Virus record (IMG/VR): IMGVR_UViG_3300013104_000022
Span: 1 to 64,000 of that record
Reading direction: 5' to 3' (one strand)
DNA from: a virus
Length of the DNA stretch: 64,000 nucleotides
The notes beneath the pieces were generated by a model. It was not told the origin of the DNA, ran no database searches, and saw nothing but the letters and a program-made list of their open reading frames with translations. The position numbers were made by a program, and so were the translations under genes. Shown one piece after another: positions 6,466-16,530 of the stretch (position 1 is the stretch's first letter; each line of letters opens with the position of its first letter).

Positions 6466-6498
6466 TTAAGTGAGCCTTTTAAGACATGCTCAGGTCGC

Positions 6499-6545
6499 CC
6501 TCAGGGACGTGTTCTATTGTCTCACACGTCCCTGAGGATTGTCAA
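6499..6545 (-). promoter_or_regulatory. Promoter of Trp/Met tRNAs overlapped by a 14-bp inverted repeat
   Basis: TTGACA-18 nt-GACAAT; IR arms 6499-6512 and 6524-6537. Confidence 0.6.
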
Positions 6546-6784
6546 GCCGAAGTTTCCGACTGTTCCGGAAGACCTGGCTCGTCGCCGTCCGCCTCGTAGA
6601 TGTCAGGAAGGGTTTCGACGTATGCCGCCGCCATACGCATGTAGTAGGCAACGTCCTTGAGGTGTTCCGTACCGTCCTTGGGATAGCCCGGAATCTGCTC
6701 CTCCTCGGTTGCCCGGAGATCGATTTCGTGGGCGTAACGGAGAAGTCCTAGCTGAGCGTCCCGCCTGGGAGTGATACCGGCCAT
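6542..6784 (-). CDS. Hypothetical protein
   Basis: RBS GGAGG before MAGITPRR. Confidence 0.7.
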   Translation of the reverse strand: MAGITPRRDAQLGLLRYAHEIDLRATEEEQIPGYPKDGTEHLKDVAYYMRMAAAYVETLPDIYEADGDEPGLPEQSETSA

Positions 6785-6785
6785 G

Positions 6786-7205
6786 TCACGCCTCCTGAGG
6801 AACGACGATCTGAAGTGCCTTCTCCCGAGCCGCACGCTCCTTGGCACGGAGGTGCTGTGCCGTGGAGGACGACGGGGGAAGCGGAGAACCCTTCTGAGCT
6901 TCCAGCCACGCGAGGTGGCGGGAGTCGTCCAGGGAGTTGCGGTGACGCGCCACGATGGTGTTCGGAGCCGCGTTGCGGATGACCTTCTTCTCCACCAAGG
7001 ACACGTCCTTGCCCCGCTTGACCAGACGGCTGACCGTCTTCTCGATGGGGAAGGTTGCCAGGCCGTGCTCCTTGATGTAGTCGAGGTTGGCCTGGTGCTT
7101 GCGCTCGTTGCGCTCGCGGTTGAGAGCCTTGCGGCCCTCGGTCTTCTTCTCTGCGACCGCGCGCTCGGCGTCGGTCATCTTCTTGCTGATCTTCTTCTTT
7201 GCCAT
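6786..7205 (-). CDS. Basic hypothetical protein
   Basis: RBS AAAGG; high-GC3 codon usage. Confidence 0.8.
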   Translation of the reverse strand: MAKKKISKKMTDAERAVAEKKTEGRKALNRERNERKHQANLDYIKEHGLATFPIEKTVSRLVKRGKDVSLVEKKVIRNAAPNTIVARHRNSLDDSRHLAWLEAQKGSPLPPSSSTAQHLRAKERAAREKALQIVVPQEA

Positions 7206-7302
7206 GATTAACAGCCTTTCGGTTAACTGTTTAGAGGGGAGTGGTGGGGGTCGTGGGTCTTGTGGGTCACGAGATAATCTTGGACCCCCACCGGGGCTTT
7301 AT

Positions 7303-8289
7303 TTAGTTGAAGTTCTGACCGCGCGCGACCTTGTTGTTGCGCTTTCCGTTACGGCGACGGTTCTTGCGGCGCTGTGACGGCTTCTGCGAGACTCTTTCGA
7401 ACTGGACATTGCTGTCCATGTTCTCAAAAGGGGGTTCGCTCTCACCCGCAAGAACCTTGGTCTCGGTGAGCTTGGACTCCCAGTTCTCACCGAAGTAGTG
7501 AGCCATGAGGTCTTGCTCGACAGGCTCAAGGTCTGCCTTGTTGACGTTGAGGCTCTTGTTTGCGTATTCACGCAGAGCCTCGTCCTCAGTGTGAGTGATG
7601 AACGGGAACCACTGTCCCACGTCGAGGTCGGTCTGGACCATGAGTTCGATCAGAGTTTCGGCAATGACAAGCTTGTCCAGCTTCTCCTGCTCCTCCTCCC
7701 ACGACTCCATGTCCACGCCCTCGCCGTCGAAGAAGCTCTTCCCCGTCGAGTGGTCGAAGTCGTAGTCCTCCTCCCACCACTTGCGAGAGTTTCCGCCGCC
7801 CCGGTTGCTCCTCGGACGCTCGTAGACCGAGTAGTAGTCCCGTGCGTTCTTGTAGCCGTTGGGGTTGGTGGAACTGTACGCTCCCCAGGAACCACCGGGC
7901 GAACCCAGCTTGGTCACGGTGGACCAGATGGAGTTCAGAGTGTTGTGGTACTCCTTGCCGTCCTTGTAGAGCGGCACCTTTTCGGCATCGACACGCTCTG
8001 CGGTCGGCTTGAACTTGGCGTAGTCGATGTCCAGCACCGACTTTGCGACGGCGAAGGCCAGAGCCTCGTGCGTCGTGTAGAAGCGGAAGTTGTAGTCCAT
8101 CTGAGGCGTGGCCTCGATCTCGGAATACGTACCGTCTTCCATGTAGTCGCGGATGAAGTTCTCAAGATGAGACTTCACGCGACCTCGGACCTGCATCATC
8201 CAGAGACCGTTGTTGGTGTATGCCGGATCGCCCTTACCTGCGGGGACAATGGACGGCATGAGAAGACCGCCAGGAAGAAAAAGCCACAT
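7303..8289 (-). CDS. Hypothetical protein
   Basis: 328-aa ORF downstream of a promoter. Confidence 0.8.
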   Translation of the reverse strand: MWLFLPGGLLMPSIVPAGKGDPAYTNNGLWMMQVRGRVKSHLENFIRDYMEDGTYSEIEATPQMDYNFRFYTTHEALAFAVAKSVLDIDYAKFKPTAERVDAEKVPLYKDGKEYHNTLNSIWSTVTKLGSPGGSWGAYSSTNPNGYKNARDYYSVYERPRSNRGGGNSRKWWEEDYDFDHSTGKSFFDGEGVDMESWEEEQEKLDKLVIAETLIELMVQTDLDVGQWFPFITHTEDEALREYANKSLNVNKADLEPVEQDLMAHYFGENWESKLTETKVLAGESEPPFENMDSNVQFERVSQKPSQRRKNRRRNGKRNNKVARGQNFN

Positions 8290-8327
8290 GATGTAGTCCT
8301 AACTGTAGTTGTTGACCTGATATTCAC

Positions 8328-8356
8328 AGCTTACGGGAAGAGTTGACGTGTGTCAA
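8328..8356 (-). promoter_or_regulatory. SigA-type promoter with palindrome over the -35 box
   Basis: TTGACA-17 nt-TAAGCT; GTTGAC-4 nt-GTCAAC. Confidence 0.75.
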
Positions 8357-8363
8357 CCCCGGC

Positions 8364-8960
8364 TCAGAAAGTTTCTCTGAAGAGTTCCAAGTACTTGCGA
8401 GACTCTGCGATGTGAGCCATAACGTCGTCGTACGCCCTGTGAAGCTTCTCATCACCATAGCTGGATGAGGTGGGGTTCACAATAGCCTTGCCCGCATAAA
8501 TCTTGCTCATGCGTCGGAAGACTCCCACATCGGCCATGCTATAGTCTAGCCACTTGGATAGCTCGGGCATCTGCTCGCGGATGATCGCGTTGTCGAAGTG
8601 TGCCAGTCCGCTACCGTTCAGCATAAGCTCGCCGGGGCTGAACGAGGATTGCTCCTCGATCATCTTAATGACCGCTTCCTCAATGGCTCCCAGAGTCTTA
8701 CTCTTGTCTGCCGTGGCGGCGTCCTTGAGGAGACCGTTCTTCTTGTGCATGTTGAAAACGTACTCGTTTTCCTTGATGCGCTCAGCACCGGTCTTCGTGA
8801 GCTTCACTACGTCATGGAACCCCGCGATGGGGTTGTGATCAAAGTCAGTGAGGACGAACGCCGCCTCGATGACCTGATCCTTCCGTGACTTGGTGACGAC
8901 CTCTAGGCCGGTTGTCTCCAAATCACACCACAAGAAAGCAATTGGATGAGTGTAAGACAT
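8364..8960 (-). CDS. orn: Oligoribonuclease-like DEDDh exonuclease
   Basis: WCDLETTGL, MHKKNGL, HFD, HRAYDD motifs. Confidence 0.85.
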   Translation of the reverse strand: MSYTHPIAFLWCDLETTGLEVVTKSRKDQVIEAAFVLTDFDHNPIAGFHDVVKLTKTGAERIKENEYVFNMHKKNGLLKDAATADKSKTLGAIEEAVIKMIEEQSSFSPGELMLNGSGLAHFDNAIIREQMPELSKWLDYSMADVGVFRRMSKIYAGKAIVNPTSSSYGDEKLHRAYDDVMAHIAESRKYLELFRETF

Positions 8961-9409
8961 TATGAATACTTCCCTGTCAATGGGTCTCGGCGCTCGTTTC
9001 CGTTGCCGAAACCTCTCTTATTTTTAGCTTGTTCAGAAGGAGAGGCCCACCTACAGTTAGAAGGCTCGTAGTCCCCGTCGTTGTCGATTCTGTCCAGCGA
9101 ATAGATAGCCCTACCAGAGGGATACTTGCCCTCCGGTCGTTCTCCCATATCTTCTACAAAATTCCAGAAGTCCAGCCACCTAGGGGCAACTTTAATGCCC
9201 CTGCCTCCGTAGTCTCCGAAGCGTTTGTGCTTGGGATCAGTACACCTGCGGACCATATCATTATGAATAAAGTACAAAGGATGTGAGTACTTCCCACCCT
9301 TCCAGTTGGCGTTGCTCGATCCCCTACTTTTGCGAGTAGCAATACCCTTCCTCAGGTTTTCGTAATACTGAGGGGTTCTAACGTAGACGCCTTTGGGCAC
9401 GGGTCTCAC
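8960..9409 (-). CDS. HNH-type homing endonuclease
   Basis: YGGRGIKV...F..DMGERP...[19 protein letters not shown]. Confidence 0.85.
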   Translation of the reverse strand: MRPVPKGVYVRTPQYYENLRKGIATRKSRGSSNANWKGGKYSHPLYFIHNDMVRRCTDPKHKRFGDYGGRGIKVAPRWLDFWNFVEDMGERPEGKYPSGRAIYSLDRIDNDGDYEPSNCRWASPSEQAKNKRGFGNGNERRDPLTGKYS

Positions 9410-9533
9410 CTTCTTCGATGCCGTTCTGTCGTGCTACGGCTAATGATTTAGCCAGGTAAAAAACGATCTCCTCGTCGGTCCTAGCCGTTTTAATGGCATT
9501 CAAGAGATCAGCCACATTGATTACGGTAGCCAT
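9378..9533 (-). CDS. 51-aa hypothetical protein ([11 protein letters not shown]...)
   Basis: Fills gap between genes; below ORF-track cutoff. Confidence 0.55.
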   Translation of the reverse strand: MATVINVADLLNAIKTARTDEEIVFYLAKSLAVARQNGIEEGETRAQRRLR

Positions 9534-9548
9534 GATGTTGACCTAACT

Positions 9549-10658
9549 TTATGAAACTGTTCCGAAAGCGTACTTGTTGGGGGCTTCGGGACCGGCCTCT
9601 TGGCCTTCCGCGAAGATTCGAGCCTTGACGTTATCGAAGGTGGCAGAAGGAACGTAGCCACCGATTCGCATCATGCGGTCCACACGGTCGGGGTCAAGCC
9701 CCGGCTCATTGGCCGTCTGGATGATCGATGTCATGAGGGAGTACATCGTGCGCTCGTCCACGGTGATCATGGCCTCAGTGATGAGGGATCGCTGTGTGAC
9801 AGGTACGTTGAACTCCGTGTAGATGTCTCGAAGGATTTCCACAGTGTTGTTGGAAATGTCCAAGTGGGTGAGAGCATCCACGTCCTCGAAGCTCTTGTCC
9901 GTTCCCTTGAGAACATCTTCTGTGGTCATGCGCGCCCAGTCGTAGACATCGAATTCGCTCGCGGCCTCGTGACGACGGTTCCACGGCGTACCGAGGGCGG
10001 CTGTTGCGCCGCTACCGTTCGCCCAGCGGAACATGTATCCCTCGACGTTGGTCTGTGTCTTACCAATGAGAGAGTTCGAGAGATGGACACCGGGGGACCA
10101 AGAGTCCTCACCGATGGATCGCTTGTCGTCTACCAAGACAAGACGAACGTCTGTCTTCTGTAGAGAGTGGTTGAACTTGTAGTCAGCCATGACTTCCGTG
10201 GTGTCATACAGGTTCTCGATACCTTCGTGTGCTCGCATAAGAAGCTCGACATTGGAGTAGGGAGCCTTGGTGGGAGCGATGAACGCCGATGCGACATCCT
10301 TTACCACAAGCATATTGTATGCCTTCTCCCCCATGCCGCCGCCGTACCAATAGTTGAGGTTGTCCTCAATCAGGTGCGCGGGAGTACGCCTCGTGTAGGC
10401 CTTGGAGATGCCGACGTTGGACGCCGCCAGGAGCAGAGCTTCCTTGGATAGCTGAGTCGCCTTGCCGTTGATCGTGATCTCAGCGGCAACCCCGTCTGTG
10501 TCTGCGAGGTTGTCGAAGTCCACGGCCCAGTCGGGCTGAATCTGAAACTTGATCTTGGCGTCGTTTGACAAGAACTCGGTGGTCAGAGGCTCAGTAGCCT
10601 CAAGAGACACCATTACCTCTTCAAGAGGCAGAAGCTTTTCTAGAACAGTCATGATCAA
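9549..10658 (-). CDS. Hypothetical protein, DUF932-like
   Basis: GVHLSNS...EGYMFRWANG pattern; coupled to recA. Confidence 0.6.
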   Translation of the reverse strand: MIMTVLEKLLPLEEVMVSLEATEPLTTEFLSNDAKIKFQIQPDWAVDFDNLADTDGVAAEITINGKATQLSKEALLLAASNVGISKAYTRRTPAHLIEDNLNYWYGGGMGEKAYNMLVVKDVASAFIAPTKAPYSNVELLMRAHEGIENLYDTTEVMADYKFNHSLQKTDVRLVLVDDKRSIGEDSWSPGVHLSNSLIGKTQTNVEGYMFRWANGSGATAALGTPWNRRHEAASEFDVYDWARMTTEDVLKGTDKSFEDVDALTHLDISNNTVEILRDIYTEFNVPVTQRSLITEAMITVDERTMYSLMTSIIQTANEPGLDPDRVDRMMRIGGYVPSATFDNVKARIFAEGQEAGPEAPNKYAFGTVS

Positions 10659-11848
10659 TCCTCGTCTTCTTCTACTTCGCCCGTGTCGAGATCGACATTG
10701 AGGGAATCCTCCGGGTCTCCGTATTCGTCAGACTCTAGCACTTCCTTAGCCAGAGCCACAAGGCCTTCTGCCCATTCTGGGTATTTGTCTGCGGCCTTGT
10801 ACAGGTTCTTGTCACCCTTGATATAAGGGCGCTGAGTACCCGTTGTAGCACGCTTCATCCATTCCGGAGCGAGACCCTTATCCGCAACCTTGTGGAAGTA
10901 GTAGTGGCCGGTCTGGTACATGACAAGCTTGTTACCGATGAGCACGCTCATGGCTGTCCAGAAGTTGTCGAAACCCTTACCGAATCGGACACGGACGATA
11001 GCCTCACGGAACGGCGGGGCTACCTTGTTCTTGACAGACTTCACACGCACGTCAGTGGCGACGACGGCAGGAATGTTCGTTCCCGACACCTTGTCGTAAA
11101 TCTCACCCTTGTGTTGCTTCATCTGCTTGAACTCAACGCGCACGGAAGCGAAGTACTTCATAGCCATGCCGCCAGGGGTTGTCGTGGCGGCGGGCATACC
11201 CGGTCGTCGCGCTCCACCCATCTCAATCTTTTCCATAAGGTGATTGATAAAGACGACTGTAGCGTTGTTGTGAGCCAGGATCGGGTTGAGCTTCTTACCG
11301 AATACTGCCAAGCTCTTAGCGGCGGCGGCAGGAAGGGACTTGCTCACGTCGTTATCTGCCACGGCGTTCGGGATCATGGCCGCTACCGAGTCCACAAGAA
11401 CGAACTTCACCATTCCGGTTTCGAGCACCGCCAGGATGAACTCAGCACCATCTTCCAGGGAGTCCGGAGCGGAGTACAGGAAGGACTCGTGGTGAGTATC
11501 CAATCCTAGCTTTTCCGCGTACTCCTTGTCCATGGCTTGCTCATAGTCCATGTAGAGGATGCGGTGGTCGGGACGAATACCTAGGGTCTCGTCACCTCCC
11601 GCGAGAATGACCTTCTGAAGCCACACAGCGGCCTGTAGTGCCGTGGTGGTCTTACCGCTGGACGGGAAGCCGGATAGCTCCACAGAACGTCCTAGAGGGA
11701 TTCCCCCGCCCAGCATGTAGTCGATAGCGAGGTTACCCGTGGAGATGAACGTCACATCTGTGGCGATGTCATCCATGGAACCGGCAACAATGTTGAACTT
11801 CTTCTCGGAAGAAGCGAGGAGCGCGGCAAGCGCGTCTGTCTTAGCCAT
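10655..11848 (-). CDS. recA: RecA-like recombinase
   Basis: GFPSSGKTT Walker A, VDSVAAM, TPGG.AMKYFASVR, KNKVAPPF. Confidence 0.95.
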   Translation of the reverse strand: MAKTDALAALLASSEKKFNIVAGSMDDIATDVTFISTGNLAIDYMLGGGIPLGRSVELSGFPSSGKTTTALQAAVWLQKVILAGGDETLGIRPDHRILYMDYEQAMDKEYAEKLGLDTHHESFLYSAPDSLEDGAEFILAVLETGMVKFVLVDSVAAMIPNAVADNDVSKSLPAAAAKSLAVFGKKLNPILAHNNATVVFINHLMEKIEMGGARRPGMPAATTTPGGMAMKYFASVRVEFKQMKQHKGEIYDKVSGTNIPAVVATDVRVKSVKNKVAPPFREAIVRVRFGKGFDNFWTAMSVLIGNKLVMYQTGHYYFHKVADKGLAPEWMKRATTGTQRPYIKGDKNLYKAADKYPEWAEGLVALAKEVLESDEYGDPEDSLNVDLDTGEVEEDED

Positions 11849-11856
11849 GATTGTCC

Positions 11857-12438
11857 TTAGAACATCGGCGGCTGAATGCCCTTGGCATTCAACAAGTCTT
11901 CTTGATTCAAAGCCCACTCACTGATCAGAAATGCATCTGGATAGTCAGTGGTGGCTTTCTTCAACTGTGCTCTCATCTTAGTACGCTCTGGCCCCTTGAG
12001 GGGGAGCATGTGCTCGTACTCAGTGAGGAGATCGGGACCGACATAGCCAAGCCTCTCAGCGGCTACTCGTGCCCCCTCAGCGCCACCCTTCCACACACCC
12101 TCGAAGGTGCGTTGCCAGGTAGCGGGGTCAAGCCACCAAAGGCGGTCTAGCATGTTGACCTTGTAGAACTCATTCATGACAGCGCCCTGAAGTCTCAGAA
12201 CTGCTTTTACCATGAAGAGTCTGTTGACTCCATGAGGAACATCTTCGAACACCGCGTACTTCACGTCGTGGTCTACTGCGGCATCTGCGAGCATTCCACA
12301 GAATTCGAAAGAGGTTGCTCCAAAGGAGTCGAACTGCGCGAGGACAGCGCCGCCCGAGTCTCGTACCACTGCGGCAGAGAAACGGGCGGCGAAGTCTACA
12401 GCGAGAACCTTAGTCGTCAAGGTCGTTGAGAAGGTCAT
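11857..12438 (-). CDS. RuvC-like Holliday junction resolvase
   Basis: VLAVDF, FED, PATWQ, DYPDAFLI motifs. Confidence 0.7.
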   Translation of the reverse strand: MTFSTTLTTKVLAVDFAARFSAAVVRDSGGAVLAQFDSFGATSFEFCGMLADAAVDHDVKYAVFEDVPHGVNRLFMVKAVLRLQGAVMNEFYKVNMLDRLWWLDPATWQRTFEGVWKGGAEGARVAAERLGYVGPDLLTEYEHMLPLKGPERTKMRAQLKKATTDYPDAFLISEWALNQEDLLNAKGIQPPMF

Positions 12439-13378
12439 CGAAGTTGATTTCCTGGTCGTCGGAGTCCTCAGACTCTTCCTTCTTCTTGGAAGTCTTCTTC
12501 TTTGTTTCCTTCTTGGCGGCGGGCTTGGACTCGACCACGGAGTCTTCTGCCTCGTCATCGTCGTCATCCAGTACGGAGTTGAGGTCGGCGGCTAGCGCCT
12601 CGTCGTCCTCATCTTCCTTGTACCATCCGTCGTCGGCCTGAGCGTTACCCTTGATAGCGCCCCAGGCCTCACGAATGGACTCGATGTCCTCGTTGACCCA
12701 CTTGGCTTCCTTGTTTTGACCAATGGCGATGGAAATGTCTTCAAGCTTGTTCTCCTTGAAGGTTTCCTTGACGATTTCCTTACGTGCAGGATCGGCAAGC
12801 CACTGTGCCTTAGAGGCTACCTGAATATCGAAATTCTGGAAGTCCTTGTTGGTGCACTCGACCTTGAGGTCGTGCTTGCGGAGGTCGCCCCACTCTTCCT
12901 TGAAATCGATCAACTGGTTAAAGTAGCGGTCGGTGAAGGACCATACCAGGAGTTCGACGGAGAACGGGTTGATGAGGTCATAACCACTGCCCTTGGTGCG
13001 GTAGCGGATGACGTTCATGGCGTATCGACGCTGAGGCGCGTCTGTGTACTCGCTGTTCTCAGCGGCAAGAGCACACATGGGGCAATTCTTCGGATCGAGT
13101 CCCTTATCCTGAAGGACGGTGAAATCACCCTTACAGAGCGGACGCGAGATGAACTGCAAATCGTATGTCTCGTAAGTGGTCTTATCCTTACGAGGCTTCG
13201 TGATCATCACAGGCTTTCCGTTTTCAAGCTTAGGCTTGCGGAGCGTGTGGACGTATTCAACTTCCGGGTCTTCTAGCAGAACGAGAAGTGCCTTCTCATC
13301 CTTATCTAGACGGAGCTTCGGGTAGTCGTAGTTGCTGGTCTTGACCTTATTCTCAGATGAGAAAGTTACCTTAGGCAT
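12410..13378 (-). CDS. Single-stranded DNA-binding protein (gp32-like)
   Basis: C...CPMC, RYAMNVI, long acidic tail ending FDDLLNDLDD. Confidence 0.7.
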   Translation of the reverse strand: MPKVTFSSENKVKTSNYDYPKLRLDKDEKALLVLLEDPEVEYVHTLRKPKLENGKPVMITKPRKDKTTYETYDLQFISRPLCKGDFTVLQDKGLDPKNCPMCALAAENSEYTDAPQRRYAMNVIRYRTKGSGYDLINPFSVELLVWSFTDRYFNQLIDFKEEWGDLRKHDLKVECTNKDFQNFDIQVASKAQWLADPARKEIVKETFKENKLEDISIAIGQNKEAKWVNEDIESIREAWGAIKGNAQADDGWYKEDEDDEALAADLNSVLDDDDDEAEDSVVESKPAAKKETKKKTSKKKEESEDSDDQEINFDDLLNDLDD

Positions 13379-13477
13379 GTCTTCTTCTTACTGTTCATTG
13401 TTCATGGTTCATTGCTTCTATGGATGCTTCGCTGTGAAGCATACCTCTAGTTTACCAGAAATAGAGGCGGTTGTCGC

Positions 13478-14017
13478 CTATCTTTCTAGCGAATTCTCGA
13501 ATTGAATGGCGTGAATCTGCGCACGAAGATCAGTACGGATCGCGTTCAACTGCCAGTGGATTTGGTTAATGATGTCATATGCCTCAGAGGTAATGGACAC
13601 CAAGCGCTCGGCCTGGTGCGCCACTCTTCTCTGCTCATAGGACTTGAGCGAGGCTTCCGCGTTCTTCTCTTCCTTGGTCATGAAAGAGCCGGGGAGACGG
13701 GTGTTCTGATTCTCTACGTGTGCGTCGTCGTACGCCTTGGCGGCATCGAACGCGGCACCCTCCTGTGCTCTGCGAGCGCGCCCCTTAGCCTGTGTGGCCT
13801 TGGCGAGGAGTCCGTCTACACGGTCAGAGAATGTACGAGTCTTCACAAGCTCAGCCATGACGGTCTGTAGACCCTCTTCCATGCCTACCTGACGTAGAGG
13901 ACTGTCGAACCCGGCACTACCGTGTCGTAGCTCGATAGCCTCTTCCACCCAAGAGATGACCTTCTTCTCAATGTCGCTGAAAGGAACGTCATAGATGGAT
14001 ACTGCGTCGTAGTTCAC
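13478..14017 (-). CDS. Helical hypothetical protein (possibly UvsY-like)
   Basis: Coiled-coil character; between polymerase and SSB. Confidence 0.6.
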   Translation of the reverse strand: MNYDAVSIYDVPFSDIEKKVISWVEEAIELRHGSAGFDSPLRQVGMEEGLQTVMAELVKTRTFSDRVDGLLAKATQAKGRARRAQEGAAFDAAKAYDDAHVENQNTRLPGSFMTKEEKNAEASLKSYEQRRVAHQAERLVSITSEAYDIINQIHWQLNAIRTDLRAQIHAIQFENSLER

Positions 14018-16530
14018 AGTACTACCTCTCGGGGCTTGTGGGTGATCTTAGCTCCACCTAGTGCCAAAGACACGGCGGCTTGGTCATCCTTGGTGAGCTT
14101 GCCCTTACCGACCTCTAGGAGGCCGTCTGGGGTCTCAAGATAGATCATACCGGCCCCCGACCACTCCGGGACATTTTCGGCTACGTACTCCAAGAACGCC
14201 TGGAATTGATCTTCGTCTGGCGCGTCTGTGATGACCACTACAGAATCTACTACAGCTTCGTCGTCAGCGCTAGTAGTTTGTTCAAACTCTTGTACCACAA
14301 TCGCTTCTGCAACCTCGATGACCTCTTCGGGTTCCATGAATCGAAGTCCCTGAGGCTCGGGGTTGTCATCCTGATGCGCGTACGCTTCCTCGATAGAGTC
14401 AAACTTGAACTTCTCCCCCACAGAGTTCTTGTAGGAGTAGCCCACGATTTGGTTGTCGTCGTCCAAGTCGAAGTCAACGGGGGAACCCCAGCCTCGCGCC
14501 TCGTGCCAGTCGGCAACAATCTTCGGGAGGGCGGGGATATGAGGAACCTTGAAGGTAACCTCGGGCTGGATGAGATCGATGACGAACTGCGACGGGATGC
14601 TGTTGTCTACGTAGAATTCCAGGTTGTCGTGAATGGTCAAAACCATACGAATCTTGTCCTGAAGTCCCGCCTTCTTGATCACACGCTGAGCACGGATCAT
14701 ACCGATCTTCATGTAGTCGGCGGCACCGCCCTGAACGGGAGCGTTGACAGCAATACGCGGTCCCTTGGAACGGATGTAGCGGTTAGGTGCGGAGTACTCC
14801 CAGATAGGAATCTTTCGACCGAACGGGGAGTCCACGTAGTGCTGAGAGTTTCCTTCAAGTCTGCGCTGATGCATCCATGCGGAGAGCTTCGGGAAGGCCG
14901 CGAAGTAGTCCTCTAGGTACCGCTCTGCCATTTCAACGGTCACCGGGTCATCCGGGGTCGAGAGCATTTCAGCGATGTTATCGGCACCCGAGCCATACAC
15001 GATAGCGAAGTTGAGTGTCTTACCGACAGCACGGAGCTTGGGAGTAATCTCAGACTCGGGGATACCCATCATTCGAGAGGCGGTACGAGTGTGAATGTCT
15101 ACACCGTTGGCGAAGGCCTCAAGCATAGAGGTCTCTTCCGCCAGACCGGCGACAACACGTAGCTCAACCTGAGAGAAGTCGAACCCTACCATTCTCGTAC
15201 CCTCCGGGGCGATGAGAAGGTTTCGGAAGTTGAGGTCGAATACGTGTCCGTCACGGAGTTCGTACTGATAAGGCTTCGGCAACTGCTGGTAGCTCAGACC
15301 GTCAACGGAGAAGCGGCCCGTTGTCGTACCTACCTGATTGTGGTTAGGTCGAGCAAATCCCGTACCGTCGTAGTTCAAGTCCTTGCGGTACTTGTTGAGG
15401 TAAGAGCCGTAGAGCTTCACAACCTCCCGGTACTCAAGAAGTCGAGCGATGTCCTTGTCCTTCTTGGCGATGAAGCGTAGTGCCTTTTCGTCTGCGGACG
15501 GCTTGCCTGTCTTCTTGCTGACGTGCCTTGGGTTGACCGGGAACCCTAGACGGTTGTAGATCAAGTCTTGCACCTTCTGCGAAGAGTTGAGGTTGATGCT
15601 GACAATCTCTCCGAGGCGGTGGCTGAAGTTGTCGAGAAGTTCCTCATTCATTAGAGAGCCGAACTGCTTCACTTCGTCGGCGTAAATCTCGATTTTCTCC
15701 CAGTCGAGGTAGACGCCTACTTGTTCCATCTCGGCTACGACACGAGCAAGCTCCGTTTCCATCGTGTGAATGAACCTGCGCTGGGGGTGACTGAAGAAGG
15801 CTTGGTGGCTAGGGCTGAGGTGAATAGCCAAGCACCACAAGGCGTCCTCACACGCATAGATCACGATCTGCTGGACGAGATTACGCGAGTTGAATCGTAC
15901 GTACTTCTTGCGAGAAGTCTTGGTGCCGGGACCGAGTTCGGAATCCTCTTCCGGGAAATTGTCGTAGAACTCAATCATCTTGTGACCGAAGATGTAGTGA
16001 GTAAGTTCCTTCAAACCAAGGCCCGGACCACCGGACTTTGCGGGAGGGTAGTTACCAATTTCATGAGCTTCGATCTTTGTATCCGATAGGTAGGGGAACA
16101 GACCGTTGCTCTTGCGAACTTCTTCTCCTACTTCTTCGTCGTCCCAGAGGATGTCCCGGAACCATCGAGAGCACGCTTGGAACTCGAAGCTGACGTTGTG
16201 GATGACAGCTTTCCCGGTAGCGAGCATACGCCATAGTAGACGAGCCACACGAACTGGATCGTCAACGTTAGTGCCACAATCGTGCGCAATCGGAACATAG
16301 CGTGCCCATTCAAGAGAGTTGGTGAAACTGAATCCAACCATGATCCAGTCGGGGTGGAAGGGCATAAGCGCAATAGCGTCAGAAGTGCCCATGACCTTAT
16401 CGGTGCCAGTGTACCCGGACTCGATGTCGAAGCCGAAAGGTAGGTCGGCCTCGATGATTCGATCTACGAATAGCTCGAACTTGTTCGCTGTGAGAATGGA
16501 ACCGTAGTTCTTCCCTTGGTACATCACCAT
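14014..16530 (-). CDS. polA: DNA polymerase, family A
   Basis: DIES exonuclease motif, TTTGRFS, DFSQVELR, KTLNFAIVYG, NAPVQGGAAD, IHDNL. Confidence 0.95.
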   Translation of the reverse strand: MVMYQGKNYGSILTANKFELFVDRIIEADLPFGFDIESGYTGTDKVMGTSDAIALMPFHPDWIMVGFSFTNSLEWARYVPIAHDCGTNVDDPVRVARLLWRMLATGKAVIHNVSFEFQACSRWFRDILWDDEEVGEEVRKSNGLFPYLSDTKIEAHEIGNYPPAKSGGPGLGLKELTHYIFGHKMIEFYDNFPEEDSELGPGTKTSRKKYVRFNSRNLVQQIVIYACEDALWCLAIHLSPSHQAFFSHPQRRFIHTMETELARVVAEMEQVGVYLDWEKIEIYADEVKQFGSLMNEELLDNFSHRLGEIVSINLNSSQKVQDLIYNRLGFPVNPRHVSKKTGKPSADEKALRFIAKKDKDIARLLEYREVVKLYGSYLNKYRKDLNYDGTGFARPNHNQVGTTTGRFSVDGLSYQQLPKPYQYELRDGHVFDLNFRNLLIAPEGTRMVGFDFSQVELRVVAGLAEETSMLEAFANGVDIHTRTASRMMGIPESEITPKLRAVGKTLNFAIVYGSGADNIAEMLSTPDDPVTVEMAERYLEDYFAAFPKLSAWMHQRRLEGNSQHYVDSPFGRKIPIWEYSAPNRYIRSKGPRIAVNAPVQGGAADYMKIGMIRAQRVIKKAGLQDKIRMVLTIHDNLEFYVDNSIPSQFVIDLIQPEVTFKVPHIPALPKIVADWHEARGWGSPVDFDLDDDNQIVGYSYKNSVGEKFKFDSIEEAYAHQDDNPEPQGLRFMEPEEVIEVAEAIVVQEFEQTTSADDEAVVDSVVVITDAPDEDQFQAFLEYVAENVPEWSGAGMIYLETPDGLLEVGKGKLTKDDQAAVSLALGGAKITHKPREVVL

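Noticed and set aside
6480-6488. ATG TCT TAA mini-ORF before tRNA-Trp as a third leader
   Set aside because: Two codons, no Trp codon, not at the predicted TSS and no RBS.
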